From positions 627,063 through 691,062 of the forward strand of contig MU053557.1 in assembly GCA_013239625.1 (NCBI GenBank): a DNA stretch of 64,000 bases, in the 5' to 3' direction. The translations under genes were made by a program, and so were the position numbers. The notes beneath the pieces were generated by a model that was not told where the DNA came from, ran no database searches, and worked only from the letters and a program-made list of their open reading frames with translations. Below are positions 25,888-40,710 of this stretch, one piece after another; position 1 is the first letter of the stretch, and each line of letters starts with the position of its first letter. The DNA is from Lama guanicoe (taxonomy: Eukaryota).

Positions 25888-28800
25888 CTCCTGCTGATCC
25901 TTTAAGTTTTGGATGATGTGTGGTCGCAGCTGAGCAAAAGGACTCTCTGTTACCTTTCTTCCAGTCTCACAAAGCATCCTCTTTATCCCTCTACTCCTGT
26001 ATTAGCACTTGATAAAGGATTGTGAGCCTCTCTCCTCTACTTTTCTGAGGCTCCTCAAGGGCAGGGATTATGCCTTTTTGATCTTTTCACCCCCAGCACT
26101 GAACACAGTGCTTGGCTTAAGGGAGGCACTCAATTAATGTTTACCTGAAATAAGCGATTACTACAGACTGCAAAATAAATTAAAACAACGTTACTCCTTG
26201 TTGGCCCCTTAAAAATGGCTGCCTGTTGCACAGAGGCAGTCCTGAAGACTTCTGCAGCTACTCTATTTTGCTCAAGAAGGCAATGACTATTAGATACTTC
26301 TTAGCTTGTCAAATGTGGGAAAGGCGAGAATAGCATGTGTTCAGGCTCTAGAATGTGCAGACTTTTTTTCATTGGCACTGGCGACCTGGTTTGAACTTGT
26401 AACTTTTAATTGGGCCAAAACCTTGGAAAAAAAATACCTCCTGTATGCAAATGATTCCATCTGTGATCCTGTTAAACATTCGTTAGTTCAGCAGAACCTT
26501 GCCAAACTGCCACATTAACTCTTCTTGGTGACAATTAACTCTTGATCCAGCAACTGAGGGATGGGGAAATAAACATGGACTATGGACTCATTTTAAATAA
26601 AGTGAGTATTAAATAAGACACAAACCTGCAAGTTCATTAAGGTCCTGAAGAACTTGCCAGGAACTGCTGTTCCCTCCAGTGTGATGAATCACTAGACTAT
26701 GAACTTTCCATCAGGACAGAAAAAAAAAAAAGCATAGAGAGAGAGTGAAGAGACGTGGGTTCTAGCCCTACTTTTGCTTTTAGGTAGGGCTCCGGGCGAG
26801 ACAGCAAGCTTCCTTAGATTTTAGTTTCTTCCTCTATGAATTAGTGGTTTGGACTAGGCTCTCCAAGAGTCTTTCTAGGTGTTAGAAATTCCCTTTAATT
26901 CATTCATCCACCTAATAAATATTTATTGTCTACTATGTGCTAGGCATTATTTTGGGTCTTTGTAGGTAATAGTTAGCAAGACTAAGTCTGTTCTATCAGA
27001 ACTTACAGTCTGGTGATGGAGGTAAGCGTTAAACAGATGATTATGCAAATAATTATTCAAGTGTGGTTACACTAAGTGTGACGAGGACGGGCAGGGGAGT
27101 GTGAGCGTATACACGTGGAAGGCTTTAGAATAGTCCCAGAGGCCAGGGAAGGCATCTCTGAGGAAGTGACATTTGATCGCTGGTATCTGAAGCATGAGTA
27201 GGAGTGGCCCAGGGGAAGAACAGGGGAAAGACTGATCCTAGTACAGGAAAGAAGCCACGTGCCTGAGGAGCTAAGAGTAACTGGTGAGGGGCTGAGAAGC
27301 CACAGGAGTGAGGCTAGAGCGGCCGGCTACAGCCAGTCCAGGCAGAACACTGTAAGCCATGGAGAGCCTGGTCTCCTTCAGCGGTAAAGGGGAGCCATCC
27401 ATGGGGGTGAGATAATCAGACGTAAAAGATTCACAGGAACTCTGATTAAGGGAACTTTCTTTCCTTTGTCCTTACCCCCACATTGTGCCAGGCCCTGGTT
27501 GGCAAGGTCCTGTCTTGGATCCTTCTGGGTTAACAATTGCAAAAGCGATATTACCATCTGAAGATTCTCTAGGGTTCTTAACTAATTCCACATGGGCTCG
27601 TGGACCTCTCACACTTGCAAAAGCTTTTTTGCACATTATCGTGATATTTCAGCAAAGAACATGCTGCCAGAACCTTTTGCACACCCTCTCTAATGGGATT
27701 ACCACGCCAGTGCTCCCGGGCAATATCACTGTTTATAAAAACAGCCATAGACAGTGTTTCGATGGAAGTCAGCACGTGGCCAGCTATTCGGCTATTTGGA
27801 CTGCATAAGGCCCACTTTCCCTATTTCCCTCTCTTTCTTTGTAAATGATCTAACAGCTTCCACTTAGAATATGAGGTAAATTTAAGTCATGTGTTCCCTC
27901 TTCCAGGAGCACCAGCATTCTAGCGTTCACTCCTTTTGTAGAGCAAAAGGCTTTGTATTCTATTTTAAGACTCAGAAATCAGTCAGTAGATGGGGAAGAA
28001 ATTGTGGATGTTCGAGGGGTGGAAAGGTTGGGTTGGGTTGAAAATCCTTTCAAGTGTGCTTGTGTGTCCTTCGACCATGTGTTCTACTAACCATGAAGGA
28101 TGCTGGAGACACAGGAAAAAGGCAATAGCTATAATTATGGCTATATATAAATATTCAAGGAGTTTTTTTTTAATTCTACCCTAAACAAAAATATTACGTT
28201 GTTTTTTCTCTGTTGAAAAAATGCAGTCCTTTCACAGTGCACTGAGTAATGCTATGTACTGTTGGTATTCTTGATGACTGACCATAATTAGCCAAAGCAT
28301 TTTTTGGACCTGAACTTTCCTCCAGGACTGATTCGAGGTTCACAGTCAACATGATTTGTCCTTACACTGTTACTTTTACCAGCTGCTGTACAGCCACCCA
28401 AACAGCTCACACAAAAGAGAATGGGAGAAAAACAGGTAATATGAAGCTTAGGCCCTTTATTTCATAGAAGAGCTGTGGAGTCACACAACTGAATTACTAA
28501 CTGCGACTTGAGCAGGAAGTCCAGTGTTTCTGATGCTCTGATTTACCATGGAGGTCAGCCAGTGGGCTGTCAGTCAGGACGGTCTGCTGGGGATGTGATG
28601 GGGAAAAGCTGCATATTCAGATACTGCAGTGAGAGTGGAGGTAACAGAACCGCCAGCTACTGCAATGGTCTTTAAGAGTTACCAGTGTGAGGAAGGAATT
28701 GCAGTGTAGTTATAGCGTTAGGACATAGAGCTTAGATTCCGGCTTGACCACTTCATTGCTGCCTGGTTCTGCACCACCTGTCTATGCTCAAGTTTCCTTA

Positions 28801-30923
28801 CCTGTAAAATAGGGACAATAACCCGTAGGGCTGTGGGGAGTCCAGCCAGGACTGAGGGGAGGTAAATGAGGCACCTGCCTTGGGCAAAATGGAAGGGGGT
28901 GCCACAAAACTCAGTACTAGAGATAAATAATGTTTTAATATGATGTTTTCTTAAAAATTCAAATTTAACACCAAAAATGTACAAAGAGCAAAGTGGCAAA
29001 AGGGCCGTTTTTGTGACTGAATACTGTGACCTTTCTGTCTTTCCAAGGTTTTAACAACAGGTCGTGCAGTCACACACTCAGCCTTTTCCCTACAGCACTG
29101 TTTTGGCAGCCATTTCTGACTTTTAGTATCTTCTGTCATTTAGAGAGTCTGAGAATTTTCAAAATCATCCAATCTTGATGCTGACATACAATTTATTTAT
29201 TGTATTTTGTTTGTTTTACTTCTTCCACTAGAATTTAATCTCTGAAGGCATGGACTTAAAAAAAACTTTTATATTGAAATTGTTGCAGATTTACAGAAAA
29301 GCTGGTCAAGTAGTACAGAAAATTCAGGTATACCCTTCACCCAGCCTCCCCTAATCTTAACATCTTACATAAAACCGAGAAATTAACATTAGCACAATAC
29401 TACTAACTAAACTACAAGCTTTATTTAGATTTCCCTAGGTTTTTCATTAATGTCCTTTCTCTTTTTCAGGATCTGAATTGAATTTAGTCATCACGATGCT
29501 TAATCTTCCCCAATTTGTGACAGTGTCTCTGTCTTTCCTTGTTTTTTATGACCTTAATGGGTTTGAAGGATGCTGGTCGAATGTTTTGTAGAATATCCCT
29601 CAGTTTGGGCTTAGCTGATGTTTTATGTCCTCATGATTAACTGAAGTTACTAATTTGGGGGAAGAACACCAGAGATGATGAAAGGACTTTGTAAATTTTA
29701 TTTCGATCATGGATGTTTCCTCAGCATCTAAAACAGTGCCTGCCATACAGAGACAACAAAATATTTGTCAATTTTTTGAGATGGAATTTATCTCCATCTA
29801 CCTGCTGATGTGGCTAAATAATGTGTGTGTACATATTTATAGTCATACCCAGTTTTTCTAAAGAAAGTATTTATAAAATGCTGATGGCTTTTCAAGAAAA
29901 TGCACTTCCCTGAGAAATCCACTTAGCTCCCAAGGCAAGGTAGGAGATCCTGATTTTAATTAACTCCAGCCCACTGACTGGTGCAAGCGACAGAAAACAT
30001 GATTCAAGTAAGACCAAGCAAAGTGGAAATCTACTGACACTTCAGGTGTAGACAGAGCTTCAGGCATGTTTTGATTCAAGGACTCAAATGACATCATCGG
30101 GGCCCAATCTCTTTCTGTCTCTTAACTCTGCTTTCCTCCACACTAGCTTCATTCCCAGAGCTCGTGTGCTGGAAAGGTGGCTGCCTGCAGGTTCCGGCTT
30201 ACGTAATTCCAGGTTCAAGATCTGCATCAAAGAAGAGAAAGCTTGATTCTCTATAGTCCCAGCAAAACTCCCCAGGCTGCATCTCTTTGGGTCACACCAT
30301 GTGCTCATCCCTGAACCAATCAGTGTAAGTGGGGATGCGGCGGTCAGGCCAGGATAGAGTCGGACACCAGATACCCTTATGGTGGGGGAGGTGAAGGGAG
30401 GGGGGCAGTGCTCCCCAGGGGAAAACTGAGATCCAGGAGGAGGATGGGTGTTGGGCAAGCAGCTTGTTTGTCGCTCCTGTGTGACTGTTAAACTCTCAAG
30501 GATGCCCCAGCCTCTCTACCTTCTGGACCCAGCAAGGTTCCCTGAATATACTAACAGGCACGAGTGAACGAATGCCGCAGATGAGGAGCCACCATGTGAA
30601 GGAATTTTCCATCCCTGCGGCCACCAGGACAGAGTGCCTGGGCGCCCTGCTCGTCTTCACAGTTAGGAAGCAGCCTGCAGCCTCACAGCCGGAGCCTGGC
30701 CTGCTGGAGGAAACAGCCCTCTTCTCGTCCCCAGCGGGGACAAGACAGCAGCCTTGGTGAGACTGCGCAGACCGGCTTCGTGCTCCCATTCTGTCTGGAC
30801 ACGGAGGAGTGGGCGAAAATTAAGACAGAAACAATTGGGGACGGCGTGGGGACAGGATTCTGTCTGAACCGTTTCGGTTCTTCACTTCCGCCAGCAAGTG
30901 GGCACTGCATCAGGTAGGTTACA

Positions 30924-30940
30924 GAGCCACCTAGTGGTCA
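30924..30940 (-). promoter_or_regulatory. CTCF-like binding motif
   Basis: Reverse complement TGACCACTAGGTGGCTC fits the CTCF core CCASYAGRKGGC. Confidence 0.6.
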
Positions 30941-31374
30941 GAGAGCATCCACACCAGCAGCGGAGACTCCAGCCGGGGTGTGCGGGAGCTTGATCCCGCA
31001 ATCGTGGGCCTGGGGTGGGGGTGGGGGATGTTGTGCCCTGGTCACTGCAGGCTCGAGGTGCCCTCCCTGGCTTCCACCTTTTCTCCTACTTTGGGGGATG
31101 CCTGTGAGAGCTGAAATTTGAGATAAAATGAGTCAGCTATGCTGGCTGTTCTTTTTCACTTTTGTTATGGAGATGCTGGGAAAGATGTTGAAATGGCAAG
31201 GAGACTGAAAAGCTGAGTGAAGTATCAGTGCCATGTGCTCTCCACACTCCTGGTGATCTGCGGGGGCAGAGGTCACACGAGGGACTTTCCATGTCTCTAT
31301 ATACTTTTGTACTGTTTGAATGGATTTATAATGTGTGCTGCTTCTGTAATAATTAAAAAAAGGTCCTATTTTTA

Positions 31375-31429
31375 AAATTTTATCTTTTAAAATGTTTATT
31401 TTATTTTTTGTTGGGGGTAGGTAATTAGG

Positions 31430-31461
<32 letters not shown>

Positions 31462-31538
31462 TGGAGGTACTGGGGATTGAACCCAGGACCTCATGCTTGC
31501 TAGACACGTGCTCTACCACTAAGTTATACCCTCCCCCC
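31375..31538 (-). mobile_element. tRNA-Ala-derived SINE (Vic-1-like) with (TTTA)n tail
   Basis: Same head (…ggggattgaacccaggacc…ctctaccactaagttataccctccccc) and a TTTA microsatellite in the tail. Confidence 0.9.
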
Positions 31539-34500
31539 AAAGATGAACTATTTTAAACATAAAGGAATGGATGTCACTTCATCAGGGAGGTCTTCCCTGT
31601 TGTTCTAAGATCAGAGTGTGGTCAACGTGCACTAATTTATCTATCTAGAAATCTCCCACACATGTTTTTCAGAAACCCAGTTGGCACTGTGGGCATTGAC
31701 GGTGGCTTTGGCACTGAACGGTGCTAACTTGTTCAACTGGGAAGTTAATCCATGGGCCTCATTATCCCGGGCACCCCAGTCTTCCCCAGAGAGTCTTGCT
31801 TCTGGCAGGGTAAGACTCTCAGTTGCTGCCCTCATCCCCTGCAGTGTCTGGTGGAAGGAAGGCTGGCAGCTGAAGGTGAGATGGTATTCCCGTTTTGCCA
31901 GTGGACACGCAGCCATGATTCAAAATGCAGCTGGGTGGCCTACGATGCTCTACCAGAAGAGTCCTAAATGTTTTAGGCCATAATGAATGTAGCAGAGTCG
32001 CTGATAGTTAGAGCTATGATATTTAGAAAGATAGTATCAAATTGTATTTGGGAAGGTTAACCTGTGGCCTGGTGGACGGGAGAGGAAGAGACACTGGCTT
32101 CCAGGACACCAATTAGGAGACTGTTGTAATAATTCAGGGGAAATGGTTATGATTACTGACATGGCAATTTCTTTCCTAACATCAGATCCTCACTGTGCCT
32201 ATCACAGTGCAAGGCACAGATAACTAAGAAACACTGGTTGAGTAAATGCCTGGGTAAACTTGGATGACTTAGGTACCCTGTAGAGAAAGGGGACACAGCC
32301 GAGGCATGAAAGACTGCAGAAGACTCATGTAGTGCAGAGATGTGAGAAGAGGGGAGAGAGGAAATCAAAGGATGACTGCAATCTTGATCATTACTGGAAC
32401 GGCTGTGAGAGAGAGAGGGAGAGGGAAGGGAGAGATGGATTGAGAGAGAGGGAAAGAATTGTGGATGGTGGAGAGGCAGCCTGTCAGAGCAGAGGGGAGA
32501 GATGGGGAGAAGACGAGTTCCATTCACGGTGCATCTGTTGAGTTTGAATTGACATTGGGACGTCTTAAAGAAATGTCCAGCAGGCAACTGATGATTGGGA
32601 TTGGAGCACCGATGAGAGGTTAGTGTCTGGGATAAAGATTTGGCAATCTCTAACATGGGGGCAAGAAATGAATCTGTAAGAGCAAATGGACTGCCTGGGA
32701 GGGCAGGATGTAAAGACAGAGAATCAAGGGCTCAGAACTGAATTCTGAGGAATGTTCACTATTTCGAAGAGTGTTGGGAACACTGGAGAAACTTGCAGGT
32801 GCTCAGCTTCTCCAACTGCCAGTTGAATCCTTGTTTACTAAAGGCCTGGTGAAATGACTGACATTTTAAATGCAGGCTATATAGAGTCATTCAGAGTCTG
32901 ATATGAAGTGGGAAATCCTTCTGAGATATACAGAGGGGGAAAAACACTCTTCTCCTCTCTCAACTGTTCTCTGTTTTAAAATTTTCAAAAGCAACAAAGA
33001 TCAGGGTAGTTCTGTGAAAGATTTAAGCTGAAGTTTGCTCTCATTCTAGCTCATTTGAGTGTACTTCTCCTCTTCTATTTCTTGTCTCCACTATGTAAAG
33101 AGGTTGTTCAAACCTGTGTATCAAATTCTCACAAAGCAACCCAGTCACTAAGGGAAAAGCAGAAAGGAAGTACAGTGCATTTTTAACAACTTTTCTGGGA
33201 ATCAATGGGAGGGGAAACCAAAGGATGCTGTCCAGATCAGTGACCCCTGAGCACTGGGAAAAGTTAATTGGCAAACCGCGCAAGAACATAATGGGAGGAC
33301 CAAGAGCAGCTCAGGTGACCTTTTTAGGATGAAAGGACTATATCTTTGGCAGTGGCCATTTTTCACTTTTTTTGCTCCCCAGAGGCCCTCTTCTTGTACA
33401 TTAACAATAACCATACTTTTCCAGATGGAATCAGACATCTTGCAACAAGAGAGACAGGATGGCGGAGCAGCTGAGCAGTCTTTGCCTTGGATAATGCTGA
33501 GCACTGAACAGCTTGTTGGAGGACATGTTGAAATAAACCATGTGACCTTTACTGATGCTGAAGGAAACAGTTTCTCTGTTAAGGATGTGTGTGTGTGTGT
33601 GTGCAGGCAAGTGCACATGCGTGTGTTACCCTATGTGTGTGCGTGTTACCAGTAGCAATTTGGATAGGTAGATGGAAACACATGATTATTCCTTGGTGCT
33701 GCAAGAATGATGGCAACAATACATTTTAACTAAGCCGACAGTGCCTGAAAGCAGGACCCAGGTGTTTCCTTTCTGAAGGAAACTCCCAACAACACGCTGA
33801 AATCCACTGTCAACAATGGAAACATATTGACAGAAAAGCCTAGTGATTCTCAAGTCGAATTCTTGAAGGCTTGTAACACTGTAGATTCAGCTCATTAAAC
33901 TACTGAAAAGGGGCGAAATTAAAAAGCAATCATTTTAATTATTGTGTTTGTGTCAAGTTTGGCCAACTGCTACAGTAATATCACTTGGCTTGTTCTACTA
34001 TAATTAATCCAGTAAGCGTACAAAGAAAACCAATTAGGACTATTTATAGCTCTGAAGCGAAGTGGAGATGAACTATTGCCCAAGTGCTATTACAGTAAAT
34101 ATGGGTTGTTGACATTCCTTCAAATTCTGCTTTAGGACTTTCAACCATTCACATTATTCTTCAACTATATAAACCTCCATGAAACAAAGAAAATTCCAAT
34201 AGCAGATCTCACCAAACTTATTTTCAGACGTGCATATCAAGTTAAGTAACCGGGCACTTGTTTTACTTGAGCCAAATTGGGTAAATCACATTAAGGAAAT
34301 GTTAACTAGTGTGCAAACACCAACTGCATTTTTTTTAAGTCTCTGTAATAAGGCACAAACATTATGTCGCTTCATGAGTCAGTCCCACAGAATGAAAAGT
34401 GAGGTCAAGATTCATATTGTTTAACTAGATTCCCCCGAGTCCGGATAATAGTGAATTATATGTAGATGAAAGGAAATACAGATCTGGCACAAAAGGGGAA

Positions 34501-34661
34501 AATCTGTATCAGAGATGACTTTTCTTTGAAGAAATAATCCCTCACTTACAAAGAACAAATAAAAATTGTATACAAGACCGCTGGTTCACTGTTTAGGCAC
34601 AATACAAACAAATTAAGTCCCAAGTAATTACACTGACAATTATAAGAAAAAATTTGTCCAA

Positions 34662-34940
34662 AACTATGGCTACCAAAGGGGAAAGGAGTGGGAGGGATAA
34701 ATTAGGAGTCTGGGACTAACAGATACACATCAATAATATATAAAATAGATTAACAACAAGGACCTACTGTATAGCACAGAGAACTACATTCAATTTCTTG
34801 TAATAAGCTATAATGGAAAAGAATCTGAAAAAATATGTATGATGTATGTATATGTATAAGTGAATCGCTTTGCTATATACCTGAAATTAACATTGTAAAT
34901 CAACTAAACTTCAATAAAAAATAAAACTGAAAAGAAAAAT
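34662..34940 (+). mobile_element. 5'-truncated L1 3' end
   Basis: tatggctaccaaaggggaaagg…gacctactgtatagcacagagaac…ttcaataaaaa; short TSD-like tgtccaa on both sides. Confidence 0.85.
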
Positions 34941-36885
34941 GTCCAAGTCCCCTGCATAACTGTGGCTGAGGCTACTACTGCTCACGGTGAAATGTACTAC
35001 CTACCCCCTGCTGCCTGCTGCGTGCTTGCCGTTTACAAGGCAGCGATCAAGTCCTCAGCATTCTTTTGCTCAGTAAACCCACAGAGCCTCATAAGCAGAT
35101 GCTGCAGTTAACCCCGTCCGGCAGATAAGACAACCGAGGCTGAGAGAGGACATTTCCACAAGACTCTAGTGGGGAAGCTGGCTTCTGAGCTCTAATTGGT
35201 CAGATTGCAAAGCCTGAGCTCTTAACTGATACATTTTCTCGGGACAAATAGGTTTTCAAATGTGGCGAGTTTGAGCTGGACTTTCGGATACAGCTGAAGC
35301 AGCCTGCTCTCTGTCTTGGGGTGAGAGCCCAGATCACAGCTTCGGTAGATCTGACTTATAGGCTCTGGTTTTCCCCCACCCACAGGGCAACCAGCTCCAG
35401 AGCACACAGTTAGGTTTGTTTTCTGAAAAATAGCACCCTGCCTGCGCATAGTCTTTTGAACTCTGTAAAGCCATTTCACATAGATGGTCTCTTTTGATCC
35501 TCCAGTGAAGTGAGAGGAGAAACCATTTTTAGTGCCATTTTACAGGCAGTATAAAACTTAACTTTATCCAGTCCTATCTTGGGTGAGGGGCAGCACCAGA
35601 GGGCAAAGCTGGTTACTAGCCCTTCCCCTAAGCGCTTTCCCCTTCTGCTTGGCCCTCCTTGTGAGGGAAGGCATACCCAACTGTATACAAATTGTAACTG
35701 CCCTGCCCACAGGAATTCTCCAGAAGCTTGCTAAACAAAGTAACACCTAGTAGGAACAGAGCTTCGTGTTCTGATGTAATCTAGAATTCAGAACTAGAGG
35801 CAGACATGTGGAGCTCATGTCAGAACAAAGCCAGAAGTCACTAAGTCAGTAATCCAAACCTCAAAGAGGTAGCTCAGCTTCTGATTTGTTGCCAAAAAAA
35901 AAAAAAGAAAAAGCCTTTTGAGAGAGGCAAGGTTGCAAGACTTTAATTCAATTATCAGCTCAATGCTGTATGTATGATTTATTTTTTCTAGTTTGCCCTT
36001 AGGATCGAAAATAAACTATAAGGCAGTGGATCCTTTCAGAAGTCATCATGTTTTCAAGTTTTCTTCTTGCTGAGAATGACAAACCTCAGAGTATTAGTAA
36101 CTTCTGCTGGGAAGACATGGGCTGCAACAAAAGTATACAAAGGGTATTTCAACTACACTTGAGAATGTTTTTACTTTTCAACCTAGAGGCAGGGCACATG
36201 GGTATTTATTATATTACACCTTTAAAATATTATTATATATTATATCCTATGGTAAGTGTAAAAACCAAATTATTAAAGAAAACAGACCCCAAAACTCCCT
36301 TCCCTTTGCAGCATTACCTTTTGAGAGCCAGGCTGTTTTTTCCTGTACGTCCCAAGTCGCTGAAATGGACGTAATTTCTTTCCTAAAGAGTAGCACAGCG
36401 TTTATTTTGTCCAAAACATTCTAGTTATTGAACTAAGGAAATGGCTACTGGATTTTTTCAGAGGAGTCATGTCATACCCCAGGAGGCCTGTGCTAATATA
36501 GATAAAAGTCCCTGGTACATTGGAGTGAATTAGCCTATTTTTATAAGCTTGAGAGGGACAGTGATGAACTTCAAAAAAAAAAAAGGACTTAACTCTAATG
36601 TTAGAGTATCTAACTCTGGCCTATGGACCATGTGACTGATTAATAATATTTTTCAATGCAATTAGACTAGAAGGACAAAAACTTAAAAGCCAAAATTACA
36701 TTAGGAGTTACTGGGGTGAAATCACACTTTCTTTCTAAGATATAGTTAAAACTTCTTCCAGTCAATTCAAAAGGTCTGGAAAAGAGCATCCAATCATTAA
36801 TTCTCTCACTTAATGAAGTATTTGTGCCAGGTGACAAATGTGTGTGTGTGTATGCTTTTTTTTAAACAAAGAAAATATCATTTTA

Positions 36886-36912
36886 TACACACACACACAC
36901 ACACACACACAC
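36886..36912. repeat. (CA)n microsatellite
   Basis: Directly visible. Confidence 0.95.
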
Positions 36913-39829
36913 TTTCACGTAGCCTGATAAAATTAGTAGATATGCAACACTTTCATATACAGTGTATAGTCTTCTCAAACATGACAGATTTTATTACCAC
37001 CTCAAAAGTTACATGCATACTTACATATTTTATATTTACATACATGTTATATACAACATATACAGTAATACATATTACATGCATGTTAAATTTGTATTTC
37101 AGAACTGGAATGTATTAAGGAATCTAATACAACTTCATTTGAGAGAAAAGTAAAGCTCAAAAATGACTTAATCAAGGTCTCCAACTTCTTAGCAGGGCTA
37201 GAGCTCAGATACGTATTTTCCATTCTCAGTTCTCAATTCAAAATTGTGCAAAAAATGTGTCATTCTTAGACTCACAGAGAAGAGTCCAAGGGCACTCAAA
37301 ATATCAGTTGTAAGGAAAAACATTCATGCAGAGTATTCAGCTTGTAAGGAGGAAGCCAAAAGCAGGGTTTTGCTCCCAGTAGGCACTTAATAGCTTGGAA
37401 CTGCATTCAACGGGAAAAGCTCATTGAACTAGGGTGGGAAACAGCTCCTGAGTCCAGGAACCTCAAGGGACTATTGCTCCCCATATTCCTTGAAAAAATA
37501 TATCCAATACATTTTCTCCATCACTAGGAGGTGAAATATTTGGTTCACCTACTTTCTTGTTCAAGAACTGAGAATAGGCAACATAAAACTTTGATATGCA
37601 AAATATACACTATAAATACATTTCATTTCTGTATCAGAGTCAATTACAGTTTGAACAGACATAAACAGAAGACTAGGGTGAGACACTGAAAGGACAGAAA
37701 CAAGGAGGTAAGTATAGAAGCCATACCCTAGGCATTTGTCTTTTAAATGGTGATAAACTACTTATTTTTCAAGCTTTTTAACTGTTCCAATTCATAGGTT
37801 CTGCTCTGGATCAGAATATTATAATTGCCAATGTGGAAGAAGTTATTTTTGGAGCAGTACTGGCAGCCAGAGCACACCCAGTCTGTGGGACAGGTGGAAT
37901 GAAGCCCATTAGGGTGGTTGTGAATGGATACCCTCTTCCAGACCTTGGCCAGAGAAACACAGTCCCCTGCTCGAGTCTTAGAGGAGGGTGACATGACCCC
38001 ATTTCCAATAAGGAGAGAACAAAAAGACCCAATCTCTCCTGCAGTGTAAGCAATTTAAACACTGCTGCAGTACTGAGTTTCATTACAAAATTCATTTAAA
38101 GAATCAACATACCTTTTTTTTGTACTTAACTGCTTTTTATGTCGCATTAATAGGCTTTATTTTGATACAGTAAAAATTTCCTATCAATGTCTATACGACA
38201 TAGTGTAAATATTAAGGCAAATTCCTTAGCGTAACTTTGTACAATCTCTCCAACCTTTCCCCTGCTGATTCTCTTAAGGCCCCAGATTAGCCTTGACTTT
38301 CGTACTCTCAACTTCCACTCTGCTTCTAGCTGGGTCCTGGTTGAGACAGAGTTTCCATGGTTTGTTCATAAATGATTCTCTCTTATTTTTGTGATATGAT
38401 AAAGTAAAAATCAGAAAATCAGTGTGACTCATGTCAAATATTAAAGTCTAACTTTGGTTCAAAGTAGATGATCAAAGGTAGCCATGTTTAAATACCACTC
38501 ACATCACTGGGGATGCAGTTTAATCTTTTATTACCATAGAAATGACTGGATCTTTTATAGAAAAAGCCAAAACCATGTTATCTCACCAGGAAGATTGTGA
38601 CCTAGACCAAAGTCAGAACAGAATATGGTCTGAAAAGATGGTAAAAATTGAGCCTATTTAAGCATGACCTTGTGGCATAGATATTCAAGGAGCATCTGAA
38701 CTGGCATTTAAGCTAGGAGATATTGGTCAATATGAATGCTCAGGTAGTAATTAAAATGTACCACATTTAAACAGCACAGTGTTTTTTAAGAAAGTGCATT
38801 AAAAAAGCAAGCCTACTTACAGGCCATAGGACATTACAGGACATTATAAATAGAATGCCAAAGCAAACAAATGCCCTCAAAGCAACCCCATCCCAAGGGG
38901 GAAAAAGAAGGAAACCATTCTAAATCATTTTATTAAGAAATTCAACTCAAAGTTCAATTAAAATTTATATAACTGATTTCTGCATATGTCTGATTTGGAG
39001 ATGTTGTTTTAGGCCTTTTAACTGTAACTGTGGTAAAACTTAACTCTTGGAAATTTAAATAGAAACACATTGGGTAACAAGGCCTAATTTGAACAGCCCA
39101 TCTTATACATTTGATCTTATCTCTAAGGATGAGTATTGATAAAATTAAAACACAACTGAGTTAAATGCTCAAGGATGTCCTGAAGTTTCTAAATTCTATG
39201 GGCATACAGACCCACTCAAGGAGAAATTTTAAATGGGCACATTTCGAACTTTTTTTTTTAAAGCTATATAAGAACAGTGACCTAAAAATGACACTGCTGG
39301 AATAACTCTTCTAAATGGTCAAGAAAAGAAAAAAGGCAGCTCACTTTAAATGAAATCTCCATCCTAATGCAGGAATAATTTGAAGTGTGGGTGTGACATA
39401 ATTCTTTAAGCAATATTCACAGTCCACTGCGTAAGAGTGGAATGAGAACCAAAGAGCAATGCCTTCTGTTAATATGGATGTGACATGTATGTTTCAACAA
39501 ACCAGAGAAAACTATACTCGCAGGAAATAAAGCTATTAGAGAATAAAATTGACATTCTCAGAATTCAAACTGGGTTTAAATAATGGCCAACCTTAGCACT
39601 ATTAAAAGCAAATGTGACACTCCAATAATAAAAGATGCCAATACCAATGCAGCACTATTTATAATTTTTAAAAGGAGGTACAAAGATCCCAACTGTTCAA
39701 CAGTAGGGGACTGCTGAAGTAAATGTAGCTGCTCATATAATGATATCCAGCTATTAAAGAGTAAAGTAAATTTCAATGTTCAACACACATAATGATGCCC
39801 GTAACAGATTGTTAAGTTAAAAAAAAAAA

Positions 39830-40710
39830 AAGATGGCTTTGAAAACACTATGCTAAGTGAAAGATGCCAGAAGCAAAAGGCCACATTTCATGCTTCTATT
39901 TATATAAAATGTCCAGAATAAGCAAATCCAGAGACAGAAAATAAACAGCGGTTGCCAGGGCATGGGAGGTGGGGAATTGAGAGGTATAGGAGTGATAGAA
40001 ATTTTCTGAAATTAGATAGTGATGATGGCTGTATAACATTGTGAATATACTAAAACCACTGAATTGTACACTTAAAAACTGTTAAATTTTGTTACATGAA
40101 TTTAAGTTTTTAAAAAAGGCACCTGCATGTGTATTCCTGTGTATAGAAGCCACTGGAGGAAAAGAAGGAGGGTAAGAGGGTGTCTGTGTGTATGGTCTGC
40201 TAACATGCACACCAATGTATATGAAGAGTGAGTTGTGTGGGGAGTGAAATTTGGGGGGAGGGCAATTTCACTTCATTTTGTTTTCCTCTGGGCAAAAGCA
40301 CTATATTGTTTTTTCCTCTGTTTGAGATCTAAAAATACAGATGTTCTGGCAGGTTGCTCTACCTCTCATCCTCTCATGATTTAAAAAATAATTTGACACA
40401 GAATTTATATATCATAGAATCTACTCACTTTAAGCATACACTTTAATGATTTTAGTAAATATACAGTTGCATAACCATTATCACTCAAAAAGTTACATCC
40501 TGTTCAACTGCAGTCAGTCCCCACTTCCACCTCCAGGCAACTACTGATTTACCTCTAGAGATTTGTCTTTCCGAGAAATTCATAAAAGTTGAATCATACA
40601 GTATGTGGCCTTTCACATTTGATTTTTTTTTAACTTAGCATATTTTCAAGAGTCATCCATGTTGAAACATCTTATCAATAATCCATTCCTATTCATTGCT
40701 GTATAGAGGT
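39830..40710. mobile_element. Old L1M 3' fragments (+ strand at about 39830-40115; - strand at about 40390-40710)
   Basis: tatgctaagtgaaagatgccag…actaaaaccactgaattgtacacttaaa; and ttgacacagaatttatatatcatag…cttagcatattttcaagagtcatccatgttg. Confidence 0.7.

Noticed and set aside
32153..32656. 167-aa minus-strand ORF
   Set aside because: Low-complexity Ser/Pro/Leu translation of a purine-rich L2-like remnant.
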